The notes under the pieces are model-generated. The model was not told the origin of the DNA. It saw only the letters and a list, made by a program, of their open reading frames with translations, and did no database searches. A stretch of DNA of 64,000 bases, taken from assembly GCA_965248445.1 (NCBI GenBank), contig CBDFJG010000004.1, positions 1,280,001-1,344,000 on the forward strand. The letters run 5' to 3'. A program made the position numbers and the translations under genes. Origin of the DNA: Planctomycetota bacterium (lineage in GTDB: Bacteria > Planctomycetota > JAJSAM01 > JAJVHW01). This document shows positions 1 through 9,872 of this stretch, piece after piece. Positions within the stretch are counted from its first letter, which is position 1, and every line of letters starts with the position of its first letter.

Positions 1-295
1 ACGCCCCGCGCCGGTCGTTTCCGTCCGGGCGGGGCGGTCGTGTGCAGCCGGGGCGTTCCCGGTGATCCGAAGATCACCTCGGGCGTGCGTCCGGTCCGCC
101 TTGCGGGCGGAAGGAAGCGCTTGCTTCCACCCCTCCTTAGACAAAGGCCGTGCCGAAGCGGTCGCGCGGCATCCGAGCCTGGAACACCCCACTCCCGACT
201 CTCGATCTGATCGGAATCCCATTTCGGATCGAGAATCGAGGCTCGCCCGGCGAACCGTCACCGTGCTCATGCGTCTCGTAGGATGGAGGGAGACG

Positions 296-604
296 ATGCG
301 CCGCACCACAGCCGACCACGACCGTCCCGCGCCGATCCGCCCGCGGCGGTGGACCGCGGCCCTCGGCCTGGCCTGCGCGCTCGCGATTGCCCTGCCGGCC
401 ATGACCACGTTGGCCGCCTGGCCCGAACGGCAAGAGTGCGTCATCAGGAAGAGCAACGACTGGTGCGGCACGACCGCCGTTGGCGAGATCTCCGAAGCGG
501 TGCGGCTCGGGACGCAGTGCAAGGAGTGCAGTTTGCCCCCGGGTTGGCACGAGGGAGTCCGCCGGAACCAGAGCGCAGGCCTGGTGCTCGGCCGCTTTCG
601 ATAG
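296..604 (+). CDS. small putative secreted Cys-containing hypothetical protein (102 aa)
   Basis: ATG at 296 preceded by GGAGG; basic N-terminus then hydrophobic stretch (WTAALGLACALAIALPA); 4 Cys in the mature part including CKEC; in frame with track ORF 62..604. Confidence 0.45.
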   Translation: MRRTTADHDRPAPIRPRRWTAALGLACALAIALPAMTTLAAWPERQECVIRKSNDWCGTTAVGEISEAVRLGTQCKECSLPPGWHEGVRRNQSAGLVLGRFR

Positions 605-650
605 CCCTCCCGCCTCAGCTTCCGGTGAGCGCGGACGATCATGTCGGTAG

Positions 651-2259
<1,609 letters not shown>

Positions 2260-2296
2260 CCGTGGCGCGCAGCCGGGGCCTGTTACGCTGCGCAGC

Positions 2297-4582
2297 GTGA
2301 CGAGGCACAACATCCGACGACTGCGCACGTTGTCTCTCGTCCTCGTGCTGTGTGGGTCGAGCGCAGTTGTGCTTGCTGCAGACGGCGAGCGCGGAGCCGA
2401 CGGCGAGACCTCCGTCGCGAGCGCCGTCGGCGTCGTGGTGCACGGCGTGGATACCGGCAGCATCGTGGGCCAGTTGCACGCGATCGACGACGCCGCCGCC
2501 GAAGAGAAGTGGGACGTCGTCGCCAACGGGCTCGACGCGCTGCTGGTCGGCGATCTCACGTCGCTCGTGGAGGAGTCCGAGGGCGTGTACCTGCGCGCGC
2601 AGGAAGCCGCGATCTTGCGTCTCGCCACGCTGCCGGAGCCCGCCCTGGCTGCGTGGCGGCGACTGGCCGACCCGCGGGCCCGCGCGCTCACCGAGTCGGT
2701 CGGCCGGCCGGGATCGGTCGAGGTGCTCGAGCGACAGGCCCGGCGACTGGTGATGTCCGCGTGGGGACCACAGCTGATGGTCGCGCTGGCCGACGCCCGG
2801 CTGCGCAGAGGCGAACTGGCCGGCGCCGGACGCATCCTCGAAGAACTGCTGATGCTCTGGCCCGACGGCGGCATTCACACGCCGCTCGGCGGCATGGGAC
2901 GCGCCGGGGTGCTCAGCCGCCTCGCAGGGATCCACGTTGCCCTCGGCGACGCCGCTTCCGTGCGCGCGCTGCGCGAGGGCGCAACCCCTCAGACTCTCGC
3001 CGTTCCTTCGCCGCGCGGTGGAACGGTGGAGGAGGAACTCCTCGCCGCGGAACGAACCGCGCGGGCGCAGTCCCCGTCCGCACGCCTGCCGGGGAAGCTC
3101 CGTCCGATCTCAGAGCTTCGCCTGCCCGGCGGCGGCGATCTCCGCATCTCGAACCTGCAGGATTCGCGTGAGATCATCGGGACCGGCGCGGCGACGCGCA
3201 TCGACGGCGCACCGGTGTTCCTCGCGCGCGTCTCGGACTCCGACCGCATCGCCTCGCGCGTCCTCGCGGTCACCGCCGGCCCCAAGACGTCGAGCATGGC
3301 CGGCGCGTCGCAACTGCGCCCGCTCTGGGGCTGGCCCTCGGCCGAAGAGCTGCAGCGTTGGCCGCGGGCCGCCGGCAACGTGCCGTTCGCGCCCGTGTTC
3401 GTCGACGACCTGGCGATCTTCTGCTGGCCGTCGTCGCGCGAGTTCGCCAGCACCGACGAGCGGCACAGCGTCGGCGACGAGAACCCGCAGGATCTCATCG
3501 CCCTGTCGCTCACCGCGGAGGGCCGGCTCGAGGACGGGCGCGGCTCCGCCGAGGAGCGCCGCGAGGACCGGGACTTGGGGCTCGTGCAACTCTCGTTCGT
3601 CGGCCCGCCTCTGGTCGTCGGACGGCGCGTGTACGTCAACCTGATCGGCCGGTCGAGCAACGGCGGCGGCACGGAGTTGCACCTCGCCCGCTTCGACGTG
3701 CTGCCCGCCGGGAGTCCATCGCGACTCCGGCTGCGCTGGCGGAAGCGACTGGTCGACGGACACGCCGTTCCCCCGCAGCGGTACCACGCGAACCTGCATC
3801 CGGAACTCGAGGGCCCGCTGGCGCTGCCGTCGGGCCCGGCCGAGCGGCTCGGGTACGTCTACGTCGGCACCAACACGGGTGCGGTGGTCTGCGTCGACGG
3901 CGACACCGGCCAACCGGTGTGGGCCGAGACGTACGAGCGCCTCGGCACGCAGCGCGCGCGCCCGGTGATCGAGGGTGACCCGTCCGGGTGGAAGTACGGG
4001 CCGGTCCGCATCGACGGCAATCGCGTCGTGGTCGCACCCCGCGATGCCGAGCTGCTGCTCTTCTACTCTGCACTCCCGCTGGACGAACGCTCGACGCGCC
4101 TCGGGAGGGTCAAGGTCCGGGGCGGCGGCACGTCCACGCGGAAGGGCTCGCCGCTCGGCGACCTGCTGGCCGACGAGGTCGCCGGGGTTCGCGACGGCGT
4201 CGTCTGGATCGCCGGGCGCCTGCCGGTCCGCCGCGGGGGCGCGATCCGGTGGCCGCCGGGACCTCTGGTGGCCTTCCGGGGAGAGCCCGACCCCCGCCCG
4301 GGCGAGCCGGCGCGCAGAATGCTTATCCCGGAGATCGCGGAGCTCTCTGCCGCCGGGCGCCCGGCCATGGTCGGCGACTCGCTGTTGTTCCCCACGTTCA
4401 AGGCCCTCTACCAGATCTCGCTCGCCGAGCCCGAGGCCCGGCCCGTCACGCTCTACCGGCTGGAGTCCGAGCGCGCCCGCCGCACGATCCCCGACCGCCT
4501 CGGGAACCTCGTCGTGGACGGCCCGCACGTCTGGTCCGTGACCCCGTCCCGGCTCGTGCTGTTCGGACCCGCCGACGAGTAG
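2297..4582 (+). CDS. secreted PQQ-like beta-propeller repeat protein (BamB-like repeats, helical N-terminal region)
   Basis: signal peptide; YVGTNTGAVVCVDGDTGQPVW, GPPLVVGRRVYV and GNLVVDG propeller-type motifs. Confidence 0.65.
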   Translation: MTRHNIRRLRTLSLVLVLCGSSAVVLAADGERGADGETSVASAVGVVVHGVDTGSIVGQLHAIDDAAAEEKWDVVANGLDALLVGDLTSLVEESEGVYLRAQEAAILRLATLPEPALAAWRRLADPRARALTESVGRPGSVEVLERQARRLVMSAWGPQLMVALADARLRRGELAGAGRILEELLMLWPDGGIHTPLGGMGRAGVLSRLAGIHVALGDAASVRALREGATPQTLAVPSPRGGTVEEELLAAERTARAQSPSARLPGKLRPISELRLPGGGDLRISNLQDSREIIGTGAATRIDGAPVFLARVSDSDRIASRVLAVTAGPKTSSMAGASQLRPLWGWPSAEELQRWPRAAGNVPFAPVFVDDLAIFCWPSSREFASTDERHSVGDENPQDLIALSLTAEGRLEDGRGSAEERREDRDLGLVQLSFVGPPLVVGRRVYVNLIGRSSNGGGTELHLARFDVLPAGSPSRLRLRWRKRLVDGHAVPPQRYHANLHPELEGPLALPSGPAERLGYVYVGTNTGAVVCVDGDTGQPVWAETYERLGTQRARPVIEGDPSGWKYGPVRIDGNRVVVAPRDAELLLFYSALPLDERSTRLGRVKVRGGGTSTRKGSPLGDLLADEVAGVRDGVVWIAGRLPVRRGGAIRWPPGPLVAFRGEPDPRPGEPARRMLIPEIAELSAAGRPAMVGDSLLFPTFKALYQISLAEPEARPVTLYRLESERARRTIPDRLGNLVVDGPHVWSVTPSRLVLFGPADE

Positions 4583-4630
4583 AAGGCAGTCGCGGAATGG
4601 AGTTCCCCCGGTTCGGTGGACACCCGGGGA

Positions 4631-5488
4631 CTATGATACGGCGGCCTCCGGCCGTCGCCGCCTCTCGAACTCGATGGGCGACAGGTCCTCGATGGAGGAG
4701 TGTCGCCGCTGCGGATTGTAGAAGCCCTCGATGAAGTCGAACACCGCCAACCGCGCTGCGGACTTGGTCGAAAAGCTGGTGCGGTCGATCAACTCGGTCT
4801 CGAGCGTGGCGAAGAAGCTCTCGCACATGGCGTTGTCGTAGGCGTCTGCGACCGATCCCATGGACGGCCTGACGCCCGCTTCTCTGCAGCGCCGCCCGAA
4901 GGCGAGCGACGTGTACTGGCAGCCCTGGTCGGAGTGGTGGACGACTCCGAGGGGCTGGCGCTGGCGCACGGCCATCTCGAGTGCGTCCAGCACGATCTTG
5001 GTGTGGAGCGTCGTGGCCATGGACCAGCCGACGATCCGGCGGCTCCAGACGTCGAGGACGACCGCCAGGTACAGGAACCCCGTCCAGGTCGGCACGTACG
5101 TGATGTCGGCCACCCAGAGCTGATCGGGTGCGTCGGCCGTGAAGTCGCGATCGACCAGGTCGGCGGCCGGCGCCTGACGCTGCGAGCGCTTCGTGGTCTT
5201 GGCTCTCTTGCGGCGGCTCACGCCCTCGATCCCAGCCTGGCGCATGAGGCGCTCGACGCGCTTCCTACCGATGTGGAGGCCCTCGTAGCGCAGCTCGGCA
5301 TGGATGCGCGGTGATCCGTACGTCTGGCGAGAGCGCTCGTGGATCTCGCGGACGCGCTCGGTCAGGGCAGCGTCCTCGCGATCTCTCTTCGAGGGCGCAC
5401 GGCCGCGCGATGCGTAGTACCCGCTCCTCGAGACGCCGAGGACCCGACACATGGTGGCCACGTCGTGCTCTGCCTGGTGATCGCTCAC
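4631..5488 (-). CDS. IS3 transposase OrfB (DDE, rve domain)
   Basis: WVADITY, HHSDQGCQYTS, DNAMCESFFATLE, YNPQRRHSSI motifs. Confidence 0.95.
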   Translation of the reverse strand: MSDHQAEHDVATMCRVLGVSRSGYYASRGRAPSKRDREDAALTERVREIHERSRQTYGSPRIHAELRYEGLHIGRKRVERLMRQAGIEGVSRRKRAKTTKRSQRQAPAADLVDRDFTADAPDQLWVADITYVPTWTGFLYLAVVLDVWSRRIVGWSMATTLHTKIVLDALEMAVRQRQPLGVVHHSDQGCQYTSLAFGRRCREAGVRPSMGSVADAYDNAMCESFFATLETELIDRTSFSTKSAARLAVFDFIEGFYNPQRRHSSIEDLSPIEFERRRRPEAAVS

Positions 5489-5799
5489 GAACCCGAACCC
5501 TTCTCTGGGATCGAGCGCGTCTCCCGAGCGAACCAGGCCGCGGCTTTTTTCAAGATGTCGCGCTCCTCGCGCAGCCGGCGCACATCTCGTCTGAGCTTGC
5601 GCAGCTCATCGCGCTCCGCGGTGGTCAAGCCGTCGTCACGCTCTCCGGCGTCCAGCGCGGCCTGCTTGATCCACTTGCGGATCGTCATCTCCGTCGGCTC
5701 GAACTCGCGGCACAGGCTCATCACGCTCCGGCCGGCGCGGTGCAACTCGACGATCTGGCGCTTGTACTCCTCGTCGTACGGTGGTCTCGATCTGGGCAT
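5485..5799 (-). CDS. IS3 transposase OrfA (HTH); A6G -1 frameshift motif at 5544-5550
   Basis: YDEEYKRQIV...TIRKWIKQ...ELRKLRRDVRRLREERDILKKAAAWFA; AAAAAAG slippery site on the minus strand. Confidence 0.93.
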   Translation of the reverse strand: MPRSRPPYDEEYKRQIVELHRAGRSVMSLCREFEPTEMTIRKWIKQAALDAGERDDGLTTAERDELRKLRRDVRRLREERDILKKAAAWFARETRSIPEKGSGS

Positions 5800-5993
5800 C
5801 TGGACATCCTCCCAACCTCAGTGGTCGGGTGTCCACCGAACCGGGGGAACTCCATTGGGCCGCGACTCCTCCCTCGGCGTGATCGCTCCCCGCTAAGGCT
5901 GGCGGGGCCGCGCCCACGGGCGAGATGTGGCGTTGTGGCGGCTCATAGAGGACACACCCCCCGGAGCCGTCGCCAGCCCTCCAGACCACGAGC

Positions 5994-6074
5994 AAGAGTG
6001 ACCGGAGCAGCCCCGGGTCACTCTTCGGGTCACTCATTTCCTGCGACATGTGCAACAGATGCGACGGATGCGAC
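5994..6074. repeat. left arm-like repeats of att site: AAGAGTGACC / GGTCACTC(TT/AT) copies and four TGC(G/A)AC units at 9-bp spacing
   Basis: AAGAGTGACC at 5994, GGTCACTCTT ~6016, GGTCACTCAT ~6028; TGCRAC at 6042, 6051, 6060, 6069. Confidence 0.6.
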
Positions 6075-6116
6075 GAGCAATCGTCGTAAGTCCAGCCTCA
6101 GCAAGGGCGGCCCCAC

Positions 6117-6164
6117 TGCTTCGGGAGCAAGAGGCCGGAGGTTCAAATCCTCTCGCCCCGACCA
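6117..6164 (+). pseudogene. 3' half of tRNA-Pro(CGG), probable integrase attachment (att) core
   Basis: TGC-TT-CGG-GA-GCA anticodon stem-loop, GGAGGTTCAAATCCTCT T-arm, CGCCCCGACCA acceptor 3' end; no matching 5' half upstream; adjacent to integrase. Confidence 0.85.
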
Positions 6165-6242
6165 GCGTAATGCGCGATGAGCGCGTGACTTACGACGTTT
6201 CCCCGCGCGCCCTTCGAGTATGCCATCCGGCCCGATTCCGCG

Positions 6243-6353
6243 AAGAGTTGGGTAAGAGTTGCGTTACGGGCCTGCGTCGAGCCCGGGGTGCGGGGAGCGT
6301 GCTGCTGTGACTGCGGGGAGTTGCACGGGCTGCACACCTTGCACGGGCTGCAG
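6243..6353. repeat. right arm-like repeats: AAGAGTTG x2 and TGCA(C/G) x4 at 9-bp spacing
   Basis: AAGAGTTG at 6243 and 6254; TGCAC at 6322, 6331, 6340 and TGCAG at 6349. Confidence 0.55.
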
Positions 6354-6447
6354 GACCGGCGGCTGCTCCCCGCCGCGGACTGGCCCGACGGCGCGCCGTG
6401 TCGCGCCGTGCGCGCGTCATCGGCGGCCTGCGCGCCCATCCCTCGCG

Positions 6448-7689
6448 CTACTCGCCCGAGGCCGCCCTGCGCGCACGTCGGCGCGTCGTGGCGCCCTTCT
6501 CGCCGTTCGCCCGGAAGTCCAGTGCGAGGACGGCGCTGCGGCGGCGTTCGCTGAGGGAGGCGGCGTAGATCTGCGTGGTGGCCAGCGCGGCGTGCCCGAG
6601 CTGTTGCTGGAGGTCGGTGACCGCGCCGCCGCCCTCCAGGAAGTGCGTCGCGAAGGAGTGCCGCAGGCAGTGGAACGTCAGCCCCTCGCGGCCTTCGAGT
6701 CCCGCGCCACGCAGTGCGATGGCCCAGGACTTGGTGACGTTGCTGAACGGCGTCCCGCGGCGGGAGAGGAAGACGTGGTCGCCCGGCCCGGTCTTCTTCC
6801 GCCGCATCCGGAGCCGCAGCAGCGCGGTGCGCACGGCGGGGTGCAGGTCGATCGCATCGACGTTGCCGACCTTGCTGCGGACCAGCGTGATCTTGCCGCG
6901 GTCGAAGTCGATGTCGCTCCAGCGCAGCGCGGTCAGCTCGCTCTTGCGGGCACCCGTGTAGACGGCGGCGACGACCAATGGACGGAAGTGCTTGGGGCTG
7001 TGCTCGATCAGGCGGGCGATCTCGTCCTTGCTGAGGTAGCGGCGCGGGCGCTTCGGCTCGCGGAGCTTGCGGAGTCCCGCGAGTGGGTTGCGCTCGATGT
7101 GCCCGTCGAGGACGGCCTCGTTGAGGATGCGGCTGGCGAACTGCTGGTCGGCGTTGACGGTGCGGGGGGAGACGGTCGTGGCGGTCCCGTGGGTCGAGTT
7201 GCGCACGCCGAGCCGCCACGCGCGGTAGTCGAGCCAGGATGACGGCGTGATCTCGTCGAGCGGCGTGTCGCCGTAGAAGGCGGTGAGCGCCTTGAGGGCC
7301 GCGCGGTAGAGCCCGAGCGTGCCCTTGGCGAGCGTGGCGACGAGCCGGTTCTCGATCACCGACTCGGCGTACGCGGTAAAGGAGGGGATCGCCGGGACGG
7401 TGGGCTGCTCGTCCTCGTCGGCCCTGCCCAGCGCGGTTCCCGCGACCGGCTCCGTGCGCATCGTCTCGGCCAAGGTCGGCGGTGTCTCGTAGACCTTCGC
7501 GAGGATGCGGCGCTCGAGCTCGTCGAGGAAGTCGTGGGCGTCCTTCTCGGTGTCGAAGTGCCGCGTGACCCGCTTGCCGTCCTGCGTCTGGTCGAACCAC
7601 TGCGCGGCCCAGGTCGTCCGGCCCGACTTCCACCGCCGCGGGAACACGTGCCCGAAGCGCCGCCGCTGGCGTGCCTTGCGTCGGCTCAA
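6448..7689 (-). CDS. tyrosine recombinase / phage integrase
   Basis: YTGARKSEL (R), FHCLRHSF (HxxR), LGHA (H), TTQIYA (Y); TTG start at 7689 with AAGGAGG RBS; basic N-terminal arm-binding-like region. Confidence 0.93.
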   Translation of the reverse strand: MSRRKARQRRRFGHVFPRRWKSGRTTWAAQWFDQTQDGKRVTRHFDTEKDAHDFLDELERRILAKVYETPPTLAETMRTEPVAGTALGRADEDEQPTVPAIPSFTAYAESVIENRLVATLAKGTLGLYRAALKALTAFYGDTPLDEITPSSWLDYRAWRLGVRNSTHGTATTVSPRTVNADQQFASRILNEAVLDGHIERNPLAGLRKLREPKRPRRYLSKDEIARLIEHSPKHFRPLVVAAVYTGARKSELTALRWSDIDFDRGKITLVRSKVGNVDAIDLHPAVRTALLRLRMRRKKTGPGDHVFLSRRGTPFSNVTKSWAIALRGAGLEGREGLTFHCLRHSFATHFLEGGGAVTDLQQQLGHAALATTQIYAASLSERRRSAVLALDFRANGEKGATTRRRARRAASGE

Positions 7690-7693
7690 CTCT

Positions 7694-8341
7694 CTACCTC
7701 CTTGCCTCCCGGGACCCTGGCCCGGAGGACTCTTGCTTCGCATGGACGCTCTCCGCGCGCCCGATCGCGAGGTCGTTCCAGGGGGCGGGGCGGGATCGTC
7801 GCGAAGTCCCCGAGACAAGCCGCTCGGCCCGGCCCGAGCGAGCCGCCCCGGCCCGCGTGCGCTCGGCGAGGAACGCCTCAACCTCCTGCGGCCGAAACCG
7901 CAAGAGGCGCGGTCCGAGTGACACAGACGGGAGAGCACCCGACGTGGCGAGCCGGTAGACGGTCGTCTTGTCCACGGCGAGGTACTCCGCGACTGCGGCG
8001 GCATCCACCAGCGGCTCCTCCCACGTCACCGGAGGCGGCCCCAGCGCGGGACGAGGAGCGGCGCGATCCCGAGCGCGCGGTTGCGACGTTGGGATCGCTC
8101 CTGCGCGGCGAGGAGGGGCGCCAAGTCGATCGGAGCGGGGCGCCGGCGCGTCACCCCGGCTCTGCCTGCCGGCCCCGCGGGAAGCCCCCGCCTGGAGCCG
8201 CAGGAACTCCGCCTGACGGACGCGGCGGTGGCGCTGCTTGCGGCGTTTCTCCACGGCCAGCCACCGCGGCGTGCGGCCGTCCTGCGCGCACAGGACCTCG
8301 ACGATCCGGCGACGTTGGGCCTGCGTGGTCTGCTTCCTCAC
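7694..8341 (-). CDS. excisionase-like HTH_17 DNA-binding protein (HTH domain begins ~8029)
   Basis: LVDAAAVAEYLAVDKTTVYRLATSGALPSVSLGPRLLRFRPQEVEAFL; GTG 8341 with GGAGG overlapping the upstream TGA; alternative start GTG 8029. Confidence 0.75.
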   Translation of the reverse strand: MRKQTTQAQRRRIVEVLCAQDGRTPRWLAVEKRRKQRHRRVRQAEFLRLQAGASRGAGRQSRGDAPAPRSDRLGAPPRRAGAIPTSQPRARDRAAPRPALGPPPVTWEEPLVDAAAVAEYLAVDKTTVYRLATSGALPSVSLGPRLLRFRPQEVEAFLAERTRAGAARSGRAERLVSGTSRRSRPAPWNDLAIGRAESVHAKQESSGPGSREARR

Positions 8342-8982
8342 CGGCCACCTCCCCGGCGGCCCATGCGCCCGTCGATGGCCCGCAGCGCCGCTTCGGCCTG
8401 CTCGAGGGCGCCGACGATCTCGTGCTCCTCCAGCGCGGCCACGAGGCAGAGCGCGTCCACCCGCTCCTTGGCGGCCGCGAGATCGGTGTGGAGCCCGTCC
8501 ACCTCGGGGGCGTTGACGATGCGCGTGTACGCCTCCATGAACTGCCCGACCGTCTCGCGCACGAGCAGCCGGTTGGCGGTGTGGTGCCACTGGACCCACT
8601 CGTCGCGCAGCCGCTCGGCCACCTCGCGCAGCCGCGGGTCGGCGCTCGCGCGCAGCAGGTTCTCCGAGCGGTCGATCGTGTGGTTCGAGTCGAGGGAGAG
8701 GTTGACCATCTGGTTGCGGGTCTCGCCCCAGCGGTTCCGCGCGGCATCGGAGAGGAGCCGGGCCTCCTGCCACTCCTGGTGCAGTTCCTCGACCCGCTCG
8801 TCGAGCGGCGGGATGTCCTCGCGCTTCACCCGCCGCGCTTCCTCGATCGCGGCCACGAGCTCGTGACGCCGGGCGGTCGCTGCGGCCTGCTTCTCGCCCT
8901 GGCGCTCCATCTCATCCACATGGCGCCGTCCTTCCGGACTTGCGATCCAGCGGCGGAGGCGTTCCATCACGTCGGTGCTCAT
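8338..8982 (-). CDS. coiled-coil hypothetical protein of the integrated element
   Basis: ATG 8982 with GAGGAG RBS; helical charged sequence; coupled to neighbours. Confidence 0.65.
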   Translation of the reverse strand: MSTDVMERLRRWIASPEGRRHVDEMERQGEKQAAATARRHELVAAIEEARRVKREDIPPLDERVEELHQEWQEARLLSDAARNRWGETRNQMVNLSLDSNHTIDRSENLLRASADPRLREVAERLRDEWVQWHHTANRLLVRETVGQFMEAYTRIVNAPEVDGLHTDLAAAKERVDALCLVAALEEHEIVGALEQAEAALRAIDGRMGRRGGGR

Positions 8983-8986
8983 CGGG

Positions 8987-9373
8987 TCATCTCCTCGCGT
9001 CCCAGGTGGTGGTCGTGGACTCAGCGGCCCGCGCGGGGACAATGCGCCGGGTCCGGGTCGTCTTCGTGGTCGGGCGGCTGCCCAGGCGGACGAGCCGCGT
9101 CTTGACGGTGCGGATCTCGCTGCGGATCGCGCTCGTCTCGGCGAGCCACGTCCTGCCGTCCAGGTAGCGCAGCGCCGAGTACAGACCGCCGCTCCAGTGG
9201 TCGATCTGCTCGCGGCGAGTGACTTCTTGGACCTGCCGTCCGAGTCGCCGACGCAGCCGCCGGACCTCGTACTCGACGTCGCGGCGGCACGAAACGGCGC
9301 AGTAGCGGCGGTGGGGAGCCCGGAATCGAACCACGTACACGGCCCCACAGCGGGTGCAGCGAGGCTCACTCAT
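8987..9373 (-). CDS. small zinc-finger protein (CxxC...YCxxxCR)
   Basis: ATG 9373 with GGAGG; CTRCG...RRYCAVSCRR motif. Confidence 0.6.
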   Translation of the reverse strand: MSEPRCTRCGAVYVVRFRAPHRRYCAVSCRRDVEYEVRRLRRRLGRQVQEVTRREQIDHWSGGLYSALRYLDGRTWLAETSAIRSEIRTVKTRLVRLGSRPTTKTTRTRRIVPARAAESTTTTWDARR

Positions 9374-9597
9374 GGAGTCCTCCACCGCGTTCCCTCCCCC
9401 CCTTGGCTTATTTCGCGCACGCGCACGCGCGATTTCCCGGGGGGCGGCTCGCCACGGCCGCCGGGGGGAGGCGGGGATCGGCCGTGGGCACCCTCGCCTG
9501 CTGGACCGTGGCGCCAATCGCACACGCTCCCGTGCAGGTTTCGAACTCCCGTGCGAGCCTGGCGCGAGGCTGGGAGTTCCGGCGGTTGCGGGGTGCG

Positions 9598-9868
9598 TCA
9601 CGCCGTCCTCCCGCTCGTCGTGCCGAGCAGGCGCTCGGGATCGAGGTCACCGTCGAGCAGGCCGGGATCGAGCGGACCGTCCAGGTCCTCGCCGGGCTCG
9701 AACGTGGCGAGATCGAACGTCAGGAGGTCGATCTGCTCGGCGGGACGGTCGATCTGCTCGGCGGCCACCGCGCCGTCCCTGTCTCCGGAAGGGTCGGAGG
9801 GGTCGGAGGGGTTGCCCAGCCGCTCCCACTGGGCATCTATGTACGCGTCCGTGGCACCGTGTTCGGGC
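9598..9868 (-). pseudogene. 3' fragment of a gene truncated by IS1380 (acidic C-terminus with PSD and AEQID repeats)
   Basis: open frame ...PEHGATDAYIDAQWERLGNPSDPSDPSGD...GRTA* running up to the IS end; frame hits a stop shortly beyond the other IS end. Confidence 0.5.
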
Positions 9869-9872
9869 CTAG

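Larger units (their letters stand above)
4598..5854 (-). mobile_element. IS3-family insertion sequence (1257 bp)
   Basis: perfect 29-bp terminal inverted repeats TGGAGTTCCCCCGGTTCGGTGGACACCCG (4598-4626 / 5826-5854), TG...CA ends, orfA/orfB organisation. Confidence 0.95.
5855..9868. mobile_element. truncated integrative element / phage-satellite-like remnant bounded by IS3 and IS1380
   Basis: att fragment, tyrosine integrase, excisionase-like HTH, small co-oriented phage-like ORFs, IS-truncated ORF at right end. Confidence 0.7.

Noticed and set aside
6085..6164. complete tRNA-Pro gene
   Set aside because: The 5' acceptor strand (expected CGGGGCG) and D-arm are absent upstream of 6117; only the 3' half is present.
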